Of a stretch of DNA of 64,000 nucleotides, positions 1 to 12,332 are shown piece after piece. Under the pieces are notes generated by a model. The model saw nothing but the letters and a program-made list of their open reading frames with translations. It was not told the origin of the DNA and ran no database searches. Position numbers and translations under genes: made by a program. Source of the stretch: Octopus vulgaris (Eukaryota); the NCBI GenBank assembly GCA_951406725.2, contig OX597838.1, forward strand, positions 40,424,001 through 40,488,000, in the 5' to 3' direction. Numbering within the stretch: the first letter of the stretch is position 1; the number at the start of each line of letters is the position of its first letter.

Positions 1-114
1 TGTGCGTATATGTTTACACACAGACACACACACACACACACGCTCGTATATATTCTTATACCTATACATATATACATTCTGGAGATGTACTTGCATAGCG
101 AGTGACTTGATCAA

Positions 115-391
115 TTGCAGTGTGGAAGCCATTTAAGAAACACACAAAACCGTTAGATTCACTTTAAATTTAACATTTAAATTTAATTTGTCAAAATATT
201 TTCGTCGCTTTGAGATCACGACCTGTTCACTGACAAAGCTTGTTCACTGATGCAGCACGAAGCTTTGTCAGTGAACAGGTCGCGGTCTCAAAGCGACGAA
301 AATATTTTGACAAATTAAATTTAAATGTTGAAGTGAATCTAACGGTTTTGTGCGTTTCTTAAATGGCTTACAAACACCTTCCACGCTGCAA
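115..391. repeat. Long inverted repeat (arms ~115-241 / ~260-391), probable Penelope pLTR-type fold-back
   Basis: AAGCCATTTAAGAAAC...CACTGACAAAGCTT is mirrored by AAGCTTTGTCAGTG...GTTTCTTAAATGGCTT with few mismatches; flanked by (TA)n. Confidence 0.85.
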
Positions 392-400
392 CTATATATA

Positions 401-757
401 TTCTTTTATTCTTTTATTTGTTTCAGGCATTTTGTTTGCGGCCATGCTAGAGCACCAGATTTAGTCGAACAAATCGACCCCAGGACTTGTTCTATGTAAG
501 CCTAGTACTTATTTTATCGGTCTTTTGCCGAACCGCTAAGTTACGGGGACGTAAACAAACCAGCACCGGTTGTCAAGCAATACGATGGTGGGGACAGATA
601 CAAAACCAAACACATACATATATATATATATGACGGGCTTCTTTCAGTTTCCGTCTACCAAATCCACTCTCAAGGCTTTGGTCTGCCCAAGGTTATAGTG
701 GAAGTCACTTGCCCAAGATGCCACGCAGTGGGACTGAACCCAATACCATGTGGTTGG

Positions 758-758
<1 letters not shown>
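401..758 (-). mobile_element. tRNA-derived SINE family A (octopus-type, CORE-like CCTTGGGCAAG motif), 5' end lost
   Basis: Matches copies at 4643, 7691, 22845, 44568; internal (CA/TA)n. Confidence 0.85.
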
Positions 759-788
<30 letters not shown>

Positions 789-837
789 GTATATATGCAT
801 GTATATGTGTGTGTGTGTACATACATATGTAGGTATG

Positions 838-896
<59 letters not shown>

Positions 897-962
897 GAAT
901 TAACTCCAAAGCTACAAATGACTCTCAGTGATTGACAAAGGGAGGTACGCCCTTATCGTATG

Positions 963-1019
963 AAGCCGGATCGCGATTTCGACTCCTGGTGCCGACACCT
1001 TACTTCTCATCAGCGGCTT
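963..1019 (-). ncRNA. Type I hammerhead ribozyme, canonical core
   Basis: Minus strand AAGCCG-CUGAUGA-GA..GGUG(UCGG)CACC..UC-GAAA-UCGCGA-UC|CGGCUU; 6-bp stem I, palindromic stem III, AUC site. Confidence 0.8.
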
Positions 1020-1349
1020 TTAATGCCTAGGGTTAAACTTTGCTTCCTCTATCAATCATATAAGAAAGACCGGTTAAATCATAAGCTGATTTTCCAAACT
1101 CTGTGAAGAAACAGGGTGGCTTATTAGCAATTGGAACCTAGAGGCAAAATGAACTGAGGTCACAAAGTAAGGGGGATGGGTGCTGGCCAGCTCACCTTTA
1201 GATTCTAATTGCTAATAAGCAACCCTTTTTATTAATTGTTTACACCTACACCGTTTGGAAAATCAGCATATGATTTAACCAATCTTTCTTATATGGCTTA
1301 TAGATGAAGTTGAGTTTAACCGTAGGCGTTAAAAGCCGGTGATGAGAAT
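1003..1349. repeat. Diverged inverted repeat (arms ~1003-1145 / ~1196-1349) overlapping the hammerhead
   Basis: CATATAAGAAAGACCGGTTAAATCATAAGCTGATTTTCCAAAC versus GTTTGGAAAATCAGCATATGATTTAACCAATCTTTCTTATATG, plus further matching blocks. Confidence 0.8.
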
Positions 1350-1521
1350 TAAGTGTGAACAACCTCATGGAGACGAGTATCAACGATTCCATGTGGCACG
1401 AATGAACAATTATGAAGATTCCTTTACATGAAACACTTGGCATCCTTGTTAGCCCATCAATAAAATATATATGTAAGAATATGTATATGTACACACACAC
1501 ACAAATATACATATATATATA

Positions 1522-1750
1522 CTTTATTTAAACGCAGCAGAAATTCAACAAAAGCTGTTACTCGGAGTTTCACGTTCCCGTTCGTCGGACAGTTAAAATA
1601 TTTTAACAAAACTGTCCGACGAACGGGAACGTGAAACTCCGAGTAACAGCTTTTGTTGAATTTCTGCTGCTTTTAAATAAAGCATATTACTCTACCCCTG
1701 GTATCTGAGTACTCTTTTTCCACCTTGTTTCACATTTATGTGTTTACTCC

Positions 1751-1752
<2 letters not shown>
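1522..1752. mobile_element. (TA)n-flanked fold-back cassette (arms 1522-1594 / 1610-1682) with mirror hammerheads; Penelope pLTR-like
   Basis: Near-perfect 73-bp inverted repeat, then ~70 bp unique tail up to (TA)n. Confidence 0.75.
1612..1649 (+). ncRNA. Minimal hammerhead variant (CCGACGA core); mirror copy on - strand at ~1555-1593
   Basis: CUGU-CCGACGA-ACG(GGAA)CGU-GAAA-CUC(C)GAG-UA|ACAG. Confidence 0.7.
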
Positions 1753-1791
<39 letters not shown>

Positions 1792-2599
1792 GAGAAGAAA
1801 TTTGGATGTCTGAATTGGAAAGGGGATGTTTGTCCGAAGAATATTGTCTAAGATAGATAAATCGCCTTTTCTTGCACCCTCTTGCAAAAATTTAGAGTTA
1901 AGTATGAAATCCATATACGGCACCATGATAACTGATACAATGACAATTTATCATTTATTTTAAATGAAATTTATCCTTAACCCAAGGACTTACAGCAGGA
2001 TCGTTAGAAATTTAATAACCTCATTTGTCGATAGCAAGCAGGTTCTAAAAGGAAATGATTCGAGCCTACAAAACCATAAAGCATTTGAATGTTAGCAAAA
2101 GCCCAAAAGCTACAGTGAACAACTAACAAACCAAAATTAATTTAATTTCCCAATAATCTGCTTATAATTTCAATTGTAACTTATATGTGGGTTTAGAAAT
2201 TGGAGTGAATTAATGGAAATTCGATTTTATATAATCACATTGTTGATTGATGAGATCATGGCAAATACAGAAAATACTTTCAATGAGAAAAAGAATCGAG
2301 CAATAAAGAATTTGGTGAACGAGGAAGGCATATGCTTCTTCATTAGATTAAGATCTAAAATAGACTCGAATCCGGTTAGAGTAATCATATATGCGTGTGC
2401 GTGTATGTGTGTGTGTGTGTGTGTTTCTGTGTGAACGGATGTGGACAAAATATCTGACTTGTAAGCATTTTAGCAGCGTGGCAAAAATTGTGTGCTGATT
2501 AAAAACAATATATGTTATACTTTGCATTTGAAACTCGCTTTCTCTCTCTCTTTCTCATCCTCTCTCTATCTTTTCTCTCTTTCTCTTTTGATGTTGCAT

Positions 2600-3230
2600 G
2601 TCTGCGCACATCGGTGACCTCACCCACCCTTACAAATGTCTGGAGGTTCATTATTTTTCATGCTAGAGATACAAAAATGGTTTCCAGTTCCATTCTGCGT
2701 ATTCATTTAGTTTATTCTGCTCGTCTCCTGCTCTTTCCAGTTTATCCTTTAGGTACAGGATCTAACGAACCCGCAGCCAGCAGAGCTTTATCTAATGACA
2801 TCGGGTTATATTTAGACACTACTGACTCAGTGCAACACTCATCTAGGGGTCAGTACTTATCGCAGTCTTGTGAAAGACTAGTTTGAGCATTGTGAAACTG
2901 TATAGGTATGATCTGATGTGCTCCGGATGTAAATCCACGTTGATGCTGTTTCTGATTTGGATATTAGAAAATAAAACTGGACAAATTGAATTTGTTAACC
3001 GATGGAAAGCCAAATTCTCAGCTTCAAGATATCATCTCTCTGTCTGTCGTGGCCTGAAGTTAGAAATAGCCACAATTGTAGAGACTGAAAAAATGTCCAG
3101 CCGTTCTCCTTGTTGACTTTATCTATTTACACGCCACAGAAGTCCAAGCGCAAACTTAGAAGTACGTATAATACTACTACTGGATAGCAAAGGGTGAAAG
3201 CTGAATGTAGACAAGCTTTATACTGTACTC
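2600..3230 (-). pseudogene. Highly decayed RTE-type LINE RT C-terminal fragment
   Basis: Minus-strand translation loosely follows the RTE post-RT pattern (LLYGxETW / RCLRxIL / WLGHV region) with many stops. Confidence 0.4.
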
Positions 3231-3255
3231 TACTACGTTCTTAGCAGAATATACC

Positions 3256-3450
3256 ATGTATGTATGTATGTATGTATGTATGTATGTATGTATGTATGTA
3301 TGTATGTATGTATGTATGTATGTATGTATGTATGTATGTATGTATGTATGTATGTATGCATGTATGTATGAATGTATGTATGTATGTATGTATGTATGTA
3401 TGTATGTATGTATGTATGTATGTATGTATGTATGTATGTATGTATGTATG

Positions 3451-3484
<34 letters not shown>

Positions 3485-3563
3485 TGTATGTATGTTATGT
3501 ATGTATGTATGTATGTATGTATGTATGTATGTATGTATGTATGTATGTATGTATGTATGTATG
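3256..3563. repeat. (TATG)n microsatellite
   Basis: Direct reading. Confidence 0.98.
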
Positions 3564-3569
3564 TGCATA

Positions 3570-4629
3570 CGTGGTCTGATCAATAAGTATCCGAACTGTT
3601 GCCATAGTAACGAAGATAAAGTATGCAGAGTCAAGCCGCTTGACACAGCTTGACATTGAACTCCTCTGTGCATGCGCACTAAGTTTTAACATTCTAGCTT
3701 ACTTCCGCTGTTTACAGCAGTGCTTGGAAGGAACATGTGTAGTGTGTGATCGTCGCATTGACCATGACAGAAAAAGATGAATCTGCATCAGATTTTACCA
3801 AAGGCTTGGCAATACCTGCTCAGAGGACTGCACAATGTTGCAGAAAGTGTATGGAGAGGAGTGTATGGGCCATACACGTCTACGTGTGGTTCCGACGTTT
3901 CCAAAATTGCCGAAAAAATATTGATGGTTACGAATTCTGGGAGACCCTCAACCAGCACAACTGAGAAAAACATTGCAGATGTGCGTGCAGCTGTGAGGGG
4001 AAATCGTCAAATCACCATCCGTGAGTTTTCAGAGGATGTGCAGACTAGTTACGGCTCAGTTCAGTCCATTATCACTGAAGATTTGGGTCTGCGACGTGTG
4101 TCTGCTAAGTTTGTGCCAAAATTGCTTTCAGCTGACCAGAAAGATACTCGGGTTTCATTTGCACAAGATCTTGATTGTGTCGTGGACGATGAAAACTTTT
4201 TGAAAACAGTCATAACGGGTGATGAATGGTGGGTCTGTGGCTATGACTCCGAAACAAAGGATCAGTCGAAGCAATGTGAAGACACTATTGTGCAGCAGTT
4301 TTTGGCCAGACACAGCATTCCCCAGATTCAATAGCCACCATATTTCCCAGATCTGGCCCCTTGCGACTTTTTCATTTTTCCAAAATTCAAATTACGCTTG
4401 AATGGAAAAAAAATTCAGGACGTCGAGGAAATAAAAATGAATGCGTCGCGGCAACTGCCGATTATCCAAATAAACGAGTTCCGTGAATGCTTCCATCAAT
4501 TGAAACAGCACTGGATTAAGTGTGTGGCTTCCGAGGGGGATTACTTTCAAGGAGATTAAATGCCAAATTGGTACGTGTTCTAGTTTTGTTTTTATAGCAC
4601 CAGTTCGGATACTTATTGATCAGACCTAG
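3570..4629 (+). mobile_element. Mariner transposon, internally deleted, ~29-bp TIRs and TA target duplication
   Basis: TA|CGTGGTCTGATCAATAAGTATCCGAACTG ... CAGTTCGGATACTTATTGATCAGACCTAG|TA. Confidence 0.93.
3764..4559 (+). pseudogene. Mariner (DD34D) transposase pseudogene
   Basis: GRPST, FVPKLL, ITGDEWWV, PPYFPDLAPCDFFIF, EGDYFQGD* motifs; frameshifts; segment with the second catalytic D deleted. Confidence 0.92.
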
Positions 4630-4642
4630 TATATATATATAT

Positions 4643-5053
4643 CTTTCTCTTTTCTCTTTTACTTGTTTCAGTCATTTGACTGCGGCCATGTTGGAGCACC
4701 GCCTTTTAGTCGATCAAATCCACCCCGGAACTTATTCTTTGTAAGCCCAGTACTTATTCTACCGAACTCTTTTGCCGAACCGCTAAGTGACGGGGACGTA
4801 AACAAACCAGCATCGGTTGTCAAGCAATGCTAGAGGGACAAACACAGACACACAAACATATATACACACATTCATATATATATATACATATATACGACAG
4901 GCTTCTTTCAGTTTCCGTCTACCAAATCCACTCACAAGGCTTTGGTCGGCCCGGGGCTATAGCAGAAGACACTTGCCCAAGATGCCACGCAGTAGGACTG
5001 AACCCGGAACCATGTGGTTGGTTAGCAAGCTACTTAGCACACAGCCACTCCTG
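4643..5053 (-). mobile_element. SINE family A, near full length
   Basis: tRNA-like head at 5053 end; high identity to 44568-45030. Confidence 0.9.
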
Positions 5054-5078
5054 ATATATATATATATATATATATATC

Positions 5079-5170
5079 AGTTGAATAAAGTTAAAACATA
5101 GCCTGGTTTTCACGTAATAAAAAACGTAATAAAAAATGTGAAAACCAGACTGTTTTAACTTTATTTAACT
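5079..5170. repeat. Short fold-back related to the Penelope 3' region at 42100-42140
   Basis: AGTTGAATAAAGTTAAAACATAGCCTGGTTTTCAC / GTGAAAACCAGACTGTTTTAACTTTATTTAACT; compare 42103 TGAAAACCAGGCCATGTTGTAACTTTATTCAACTG. Confidence 0.7.
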
Positions 5171-5435
5171 TACATATTACTCTATACAACACATTCACAC
5201 GAATTCCTTACACACAAAGTGTACGAATGTGTCTAAAGACTTACATATCTATAGAAGCAAATCCGCATACAAACGCCAAACATAAACATAAATATATGCA
5301 AACACCTAATATATACTTACCGATTCAAGTATATAAATATGTATATATATAAGTGTGTGTCTGCGTGTGTGTGTGTGTGTGTGTGTGTACAGAGACACAA
5401 AAGAGGACCAACACAAATATAAGGAGAAATACTTT

Positions 5436-5484
<49 letters not shown>

Positions 5485-5880
5485 TTCAAATTACGATGTA
5501 CGTAAACAAAAAAACGAAGTTTGCTTTAGAAGTGTTGAGATGTCTTAGAAAGTTAAAGAAGTGAGTTTAGATTCTCAAACGCATGATATAGCTAATAATA
5601 TAGCCTGAATAGGATAAGCTACCCTTATTTTGCAGAAAAAAATGTTGGCGGCCGGCTATGATGGAGTGTTAGGTGTGATGTACAGAATTGAATATTGAGA
5701 AAAAAAGTCGTCAGAATTTTGGGAAAAAATCCTTTTATTTCTTCATTATTATTAGCGCTTTATTTCCTCTCTAGAACTTGTCAAATATATATATACAAAC
5801 ACACACATAGAGGCCTCATTGAGAACAGATATATACACCATTCACTTTGTAAATAGACTTACAAATTTGTAAATATACGC

Positions 5881-6130
5881 GCCAACCACATAGTTCCGGG
5901 TTCGGTCCCACTGCGTGGCACTTGGGGCAAGTGGCTTCTCGGTCCAATCAAAGCCTTGTGAGTGGATTTGCTAGACGGAAACTGAAAGAAGCCCGTCGCA
6001 TATATATATATATATTGGGAGAAAGCGCTAATCCGAATGATATGATCTGAATGATATGATATATATGTAAAAAATGTAATATATAAATAAATATCTATAA
6101 ATATGAACCATCCGATCTGATTACCTCATT

Positions 6131-6173
<43 letters not shown>

Positions 6174-6180
6174 GTGTGTG

Positions 6181-6213
<33 letters not shown>

Positions 6214-6353
6214 GTATTTGTGTGTCTGTGTTTTTCCACTCCACCATCGCTTGACAACTGCTGTTGGTGTGTTTACGTCCACGTAACTTAGCGGTTCGGC
6301 AAAAGAATTGATAGAACAACTACTAGGCTTACAAAGAATAAGTCCTGGGGTCG
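5881..6353 (+). mobile_element. SINE family A, interrupted in its central microsatellite
   Basis: Head 5881-6000, body 6170-6353; insert 6017-6140 resembles 45154-45200 in reverse. Confidence 0.8.
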
Positions 6354-7169
6354 AATGTTTTTTTTACCTCAATACACGTCATTGATTGGTTGAAATTGCA
6401 GAAATTGAAGAAAAAAAACAATACCTTACAAGCTATAGAATTTTCTCAATAAAGCCAAAAGAAAAAGATGTTTTATAAACACATTCTACCAGTATACGAA
6501 GTTTAAAATTCTTTAGTTACCTAGAAATTATGTTAAAAACTGCCGTTCAAACCGAAAAGATCCGACGAGTGTATTAAACTTTCGTTTGGGAGATGTATCC
6601 GTTTGGGAGATGTTCAAAGACAAGCTGTTTATGTGTTTAAATTATCCTTGAACTGCCGATGTTGTACACCAGAGATCAATGTATTTCCTCGTAAACAACA
6701 TTTGCGTTCATTTAAATTTAAAATTAGCTCGAAACATGCCTTGAATATCCAATTTCGTGAAAATTCTTGAATTCACAATCACATTATGACAAAAAAAAAA
6801 AAAAAACCCAGAAACTTGCAAACTTGGATTTTGACACTATTTCTATGTTTGTTGTTGAACGTAGGTGGGCGGTAGATACGGTAATATGCTCGTCTGCATA
6901 TTTAAGAGATAAGGGGAGTAACGTTTTCCTAACAGAAGACATTGTGAGATGCTGCGCAACATAAATATAGCAACACTACCAAAATAACAAACCCACCAAT
7001 ATTCTTGTAGCAGCATTGCAGAGTATCGTTAGTATTTCGCATACAGACTCTGTTTCAAGATCTAACAAAGGCCCTCAACTTGATTCCCACATGGATGTTA
7101 TATTAATTAGAAGAAAAGGAACGGTGTCCCTTACGTTTACAAGCCGCGTGAGAACTGCTGGGATTAATG

Positions 7170-7440
7170 CTTTTCAGCGACGGCGAAAGGGGGTGAAATC
7201 AGCTTTAGCTGGCAGAGAAATGTTGGCGGGGGAGAAATTCTAGATCACATTTCTAGAGAAGAAAGTTTGGAAGGAAATGTTTAGGGCACACATTTCTTCA
7301 AAGGGAGATTCATTGGAGAGAAGGGGAGATATGTTGCGTATGCATGAGGTGAGGTGAGAGTGTAAGCAAATAGCTTTGTGTAGAGGAGCAAAGACCGTTG
7401 TAGAGCCAATTCAAGAAACAGAGAGAAGGCACAGAAGGTC
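7170..7440 (-). pseudogene. Decayed CR1/L2-like LINE 3' fragment
   Basis: Minus-strand remnants resembling HxTR...FFxR..WNxLP tail of CR1-group ORF2. Confidence 0.35.
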
Positions 7441-7690
7441 ATTAAGTAACCCTAACAGGTTGATGAGGACATCTTAGTCGTATGAATGTTCTTCCATTAA
7501 ATACTACTAAAGATATCTGGGAGTATAGTAGCGACACTATCTGCAATGTTTCAGTTATGTTAAGAAGAATCTTACATTGTAGAAGAACGCTTCCCGCACC
7601 GAATCAGAGCTGGCATATTTTTCTGGCCATGAATAAACTAAAGACAAAACATAGTTATACTGATGTGATCATTTGAATATAAGGAAGTCA

Positions 7691-8092
7691 TTTACTCTTT
7701 TACTTGTTTCAGTCACCTGACTGTGGCCATGCTGGAGCACCGCCTTTAGTTAAGCAAATCGACCCCAGGACTTATTCTTTGTAAGCCTAGTACTTATTCT
7801 ATCGGTCTCCTTTGCCAAACCGCTAAGTTACGGTGACATAAACACACCAGCATCGGTTGTCAAGTGATGTTGGGGGGACAAACACAGACACACAAACATA
7901 TACACCCACATACATATATACATATATACGACGGGCTTCTTTCAGTTTCCGTCAACCAAATCCACTCACAAGGCTTTGGTCGGCCCGAGGCTATAGTAAA
8001 AGACACTTGCCCAAGGTGCCACGTAGTGGGACTGAACCCGGAACCATGTGGTTTGTAAGCAAGCTACTTACCACGCAGCCACTCCTACGCCT
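7691..8092 (-). mobile_element. SINE family A, full length
   Basis: Head AGGCGTAGGAGTGGCTG on - strand; matches other copies. Confidence 0.92.
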
Positions 8093-8547
8093 GTTGAAGA
8101 ATAAATAAATAAAACGTTGAATTGTGAAGGAAGGTGTGAGAAAACATGAGTTTTAAAACAGAACTGAAAATAAAACTGTGATTCACACCATTAAACACGT
8201 TAAGAAAACTAAATTTCTATGAAATTTGTTGTAAATGAATAAAAATGATACACGTAGAGACTCTACTGCACTCAACGCAAAAAGAAAACCAGTTCTGTGG
8301 AAATATTAATGTAAAGCTTCATTCTGGCAATTGCAAATGTTATTTTCGTGACTAAAGGAAGAAATGATCGTTTACCAATAACTATTGGCTATTTGCCACG
8401 TTAATTTCCTTCCAAAGTAATATTTTAAGTACTAATGTAAGGGTGATGCGTACCAATTCAATTTTGCAAAATAATTTCATGAAAGGTATTAGAATTGCAA
8501 AGAGTTTGCTTTGAAATTGAAAATCTCTATGATTTCCAAACATATCC

Positions 8548-8610
<63 letters not shown>

Positions 8611-9694
8611 ATAATAATGGCCGACATAAATGTTGGTTGCTTTGCGTCGTGGGTTGTTTGATTTCCCCAGTCACGCTTTACGCCGTATAGAGGCAGAGTG
8701 AAAGTGTAAAAGAGAAGATAGGAAACAGGGTGGGTGCAATGGCTTGATGGCGGGTAACAAATAAAGAACACAATACCCCAAAACACACACAGAGGTAGAG
8801 AAAGAAGGAGAAAATAAAGGACAAATTAGTAATGGGAGGAGATATGTGCAAATTCCAAATTTGTTTTGCTTAGTTGGAAGGTAATAGGTGTTTTTCTTTG
8901 AAAATTAGAATTAATTGTACCATTAAATTTGATAAAAGTTAAGTTATAATATTTGTATGTAAACCGTATTTTCTGATATTACCAATGGTGGTAAAAGAGT
9001 ATATCCAAAGTTGCCGATCACGTGACAGAAAACCCTCCGGTTGCTAATATGCTTTAGGACCGAATTCTTTCGAAGAACCCTTTTGAAAGCTTTTCATTAC
9101 TTTCTTTAAATATATATCTATATCGATATTGTATCGCGTATTTCGGGAACAATAACCATCGTTCGATTTAGGTGTTAGTTGGCTCAGTTAATCTTATTTC
9201 TTTTGTAATCCTATCTATTTTCAACACTTTGCTTTTCTACATTATATTAAGAGCCTCTACGGGTTTTGTTTTTCTTGGTCGTAATAGCACGGGGGTCCTA
9301 CTAATTTTACAGTAGTTGCGTCGTGATGTTTTGATTTTTTTTGTCCAGAATAATTAACAATAGCGCTCGTCTTACGTCAATAATGTTGGTTCGTTTTAAC
9401 GAAATGAGTCATTAATTTGCCATAGTATATATTTCATTGTTAAATAATTTAAATGTCGCTGGCCGGGTATTTTTCTCCCACCCACATAACACACACTCGC
9501 CTTTGTTATGCATGAATTCAGTTATCTGATACGTATGTGATGCGTTTGGTTTTGTGTGCAAAAATAGTTCAAAAAATCACAATTGTATAATGTCTTAATC
9601 CATTGCTCTTTGATATTAATGAGACTGCAACATGATAACATGCATTTCGGAATATCTCGGTAGCTACTAAATAATAATGTGTGTATTATGTATT

Positions 9695-9761
<67 letters not shown>

Positions 9762-9894
9762 AATATGATAATATGATATATTTGCGAGATATACATGTGC
9801 ATATACACGTATGTGTATATACATATATATATATATATATGTATGTATGTATATTATATATATATATGCATACATTCGTATATCTATCTATCTA

Positions 9895-9942
<48 letters not shown>

Positions 9943-9988
9943 TAGATAGATAGATAGATATACGAATGTATGCATATATATATATATC

Positions 9989-10039
<51 letters not shown>

Positions 10040-11559
10040 TGTTCATGAATATATGCAGAATGGAACCTATTGTCAGAGATATTTGATGCATTCCTCAGTT
10101 TTAACTATTATCTTTTTTTAGATTTGTTGATAAACGGGATCAGATAAAGAGGAGACATCCCCATCCATTTTTTTTTATTAATTTATTATATTTCAGAGCA
10201 GAATACATCGAGAAACCAAAAAATACTGGCGTAATTCAGTGAATCACTTGTGAAATGAGTAGCTGAGTCGGATGCCAAATAGTCGTTAGACGATTGGCGG
10301 ACAGTAGGATTCCTTGTAATATTTGGTTACATGACACAACATGTTTGAAATTGCTATTCCTCTCAGGTCCAATTTGACTTTCATCCTTCTGAGGTTATAG
10401 AATAAGTGGTGGAGTCGATATAATCTATTTTCCTAGCAGAGCCACAAGTCCAATGCCTGAAAGAAATAATCGATCAAAAGAAAATAAAAAAAGAACAAAG
10501 AATCACCATTTGCTGCTTTCACTGCGTAACCAAATGCAGCTCTTTTTATTTGGGATTCGTGTTAGATTCTATGTTTTCTGTGATTCTTCAGTATCTTTTC
10601 ATATTTTATCATCTTCTACGTTTTGTTTCTTTTATCAGATGTTATTTTCTTTCTCTGTTTTATTCTTTCTATTGTATTCTCCGTAATATGTCTACTTCTG
10701 CCGCTTTCTTTATTTTCTCTTCTCTATTTGCACACACCCTCGATTTTCGATTATGTCTATTTTACTCTCATCCTTTATTATTATTGTTATTGGAACCAGG
10801 AATCTATTATTACAGAGACTTCATCGGGTTTTTTCTGCCCCCCCCCTCACCTCTCATATTCAGAATATCTTGATTTCCATGTTTTCATATTTGAATAGTT
10901 TCACCATTTACTTCGATGAAATAATGAAATGACAGATCCATTGGTAGACATTCCTTAATAGTGGTGGGCTTCGTAAATATTTTTCAAGCAAGTTACCTTA
11001 ATCTCCATACTCATAGGTATCGGTAAATCATAGAAAATGTCCCCTTTGTCGTTCGCGGAGAGATTTTCTGACGTCGTCTCATAGCATTTCCTTTTCCTGT
11101 TTCTTCACAGCCATAAAAAATGCTGCAGTTTCATTTTTAATTTCATTGAATTCCAACTGTCAACTACACACATGGATGGGTAGTAAAGAAACTCCTTTTT
11201 GCAATTAAGTGGTTTGGGATTGAAATCATACTGTCGGACATCTTGGGGAAATGACACAGGCCGACCAATGTCAGAAACATTTAGATAAGATCCCAGGAGA
11301 ACCATGTCTCAGAGAAATCCAAAAGATTCTAATGACAGGTACTACCCACATCCTTAGTAAATCTTTCTCCATTTAAATGTCTGTGTTATTTCACTACCTC
11401 CCTTCCCCAAGCTTTCAGTCATATTGTAACAACTCTTATCCTTCACACTGGACGCTGGGTATGTGTCGGCATGTGACTGTAACAAAGATGCGGATTAAAG
11501 GTAAAACAACAACAACAACAACAATAACAATAATAATAATAACAATAACAATAATATAT

Positions 11560-12100
11560 GAAAAGAAAGAACGGTGGCAGAGGACAAATTAGTTTAGACT
11601 ATTGCATAAGGAGTGAAAGGTGAACGCTTGCCGAGTATTTGATAAATAGTGATGAAGACCTGCTGTAAAGTGCCGCGAAAGATATGGGTGTAAATGCAGA
11701 TAAAATGATGGGCAAGGAAGAGTTTAACCAAAGAGCTGAGGAGAAGAAAAAAGAAGACCATCTCGAAACGAGAATGCATGAACAGTTTGAAAGGAATACA
11801 CAGGACGTTAAGGATAATACAGCATCGTGGGCATGGCTTGAACGAGGTGATTTGAAGCGTACCAGCGAAAGCCTGATCATTGCTGCACAAGACCAGGCTC
11901 TCGCTACTAATTCAATGAAGTATAACATCTATGAAACTTCTGACACCCAGAGATGCAGACTCTGTGGAAAGAGTGTAGAAAATGTGACCCACTTCGTAAG
12001 TGGATGTGAGAGCCTTGCACAAAAGGAATACAAGCGCTGCCATGATAAAATGTGTGTGTATCTTCATTGGCTCATATGAAGTAACAGAGAACTGGTATGA
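11560..12100 (+). pseudogene. R4/Dong-clade (RLE) LINE fragment
   Basis: GGRG, SWAWL..GDLK.TSESLIIAAQDQAL, CRLCG..VENVTHFVSGC..LAQKEYKRCHD zinc knuckle; close to 26348 copy. Confidence 0.88.
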
Positions 12101-12265
12101 GATCCGGACATGCGTAATATAGCACACACGTAGTAGTGGTCAAAGGATTTGAACTTACACTCCGAAGTCTTTATTGTGGACCAGTCCGCAACAAGGTACA
12201 GAATGTCAATAAGAGAATTCGGGGTGAGTTGATATGGAGATAATGATCCAGATAAACACGCTTGG

Positions 12266-12332
<67 letters not shown>

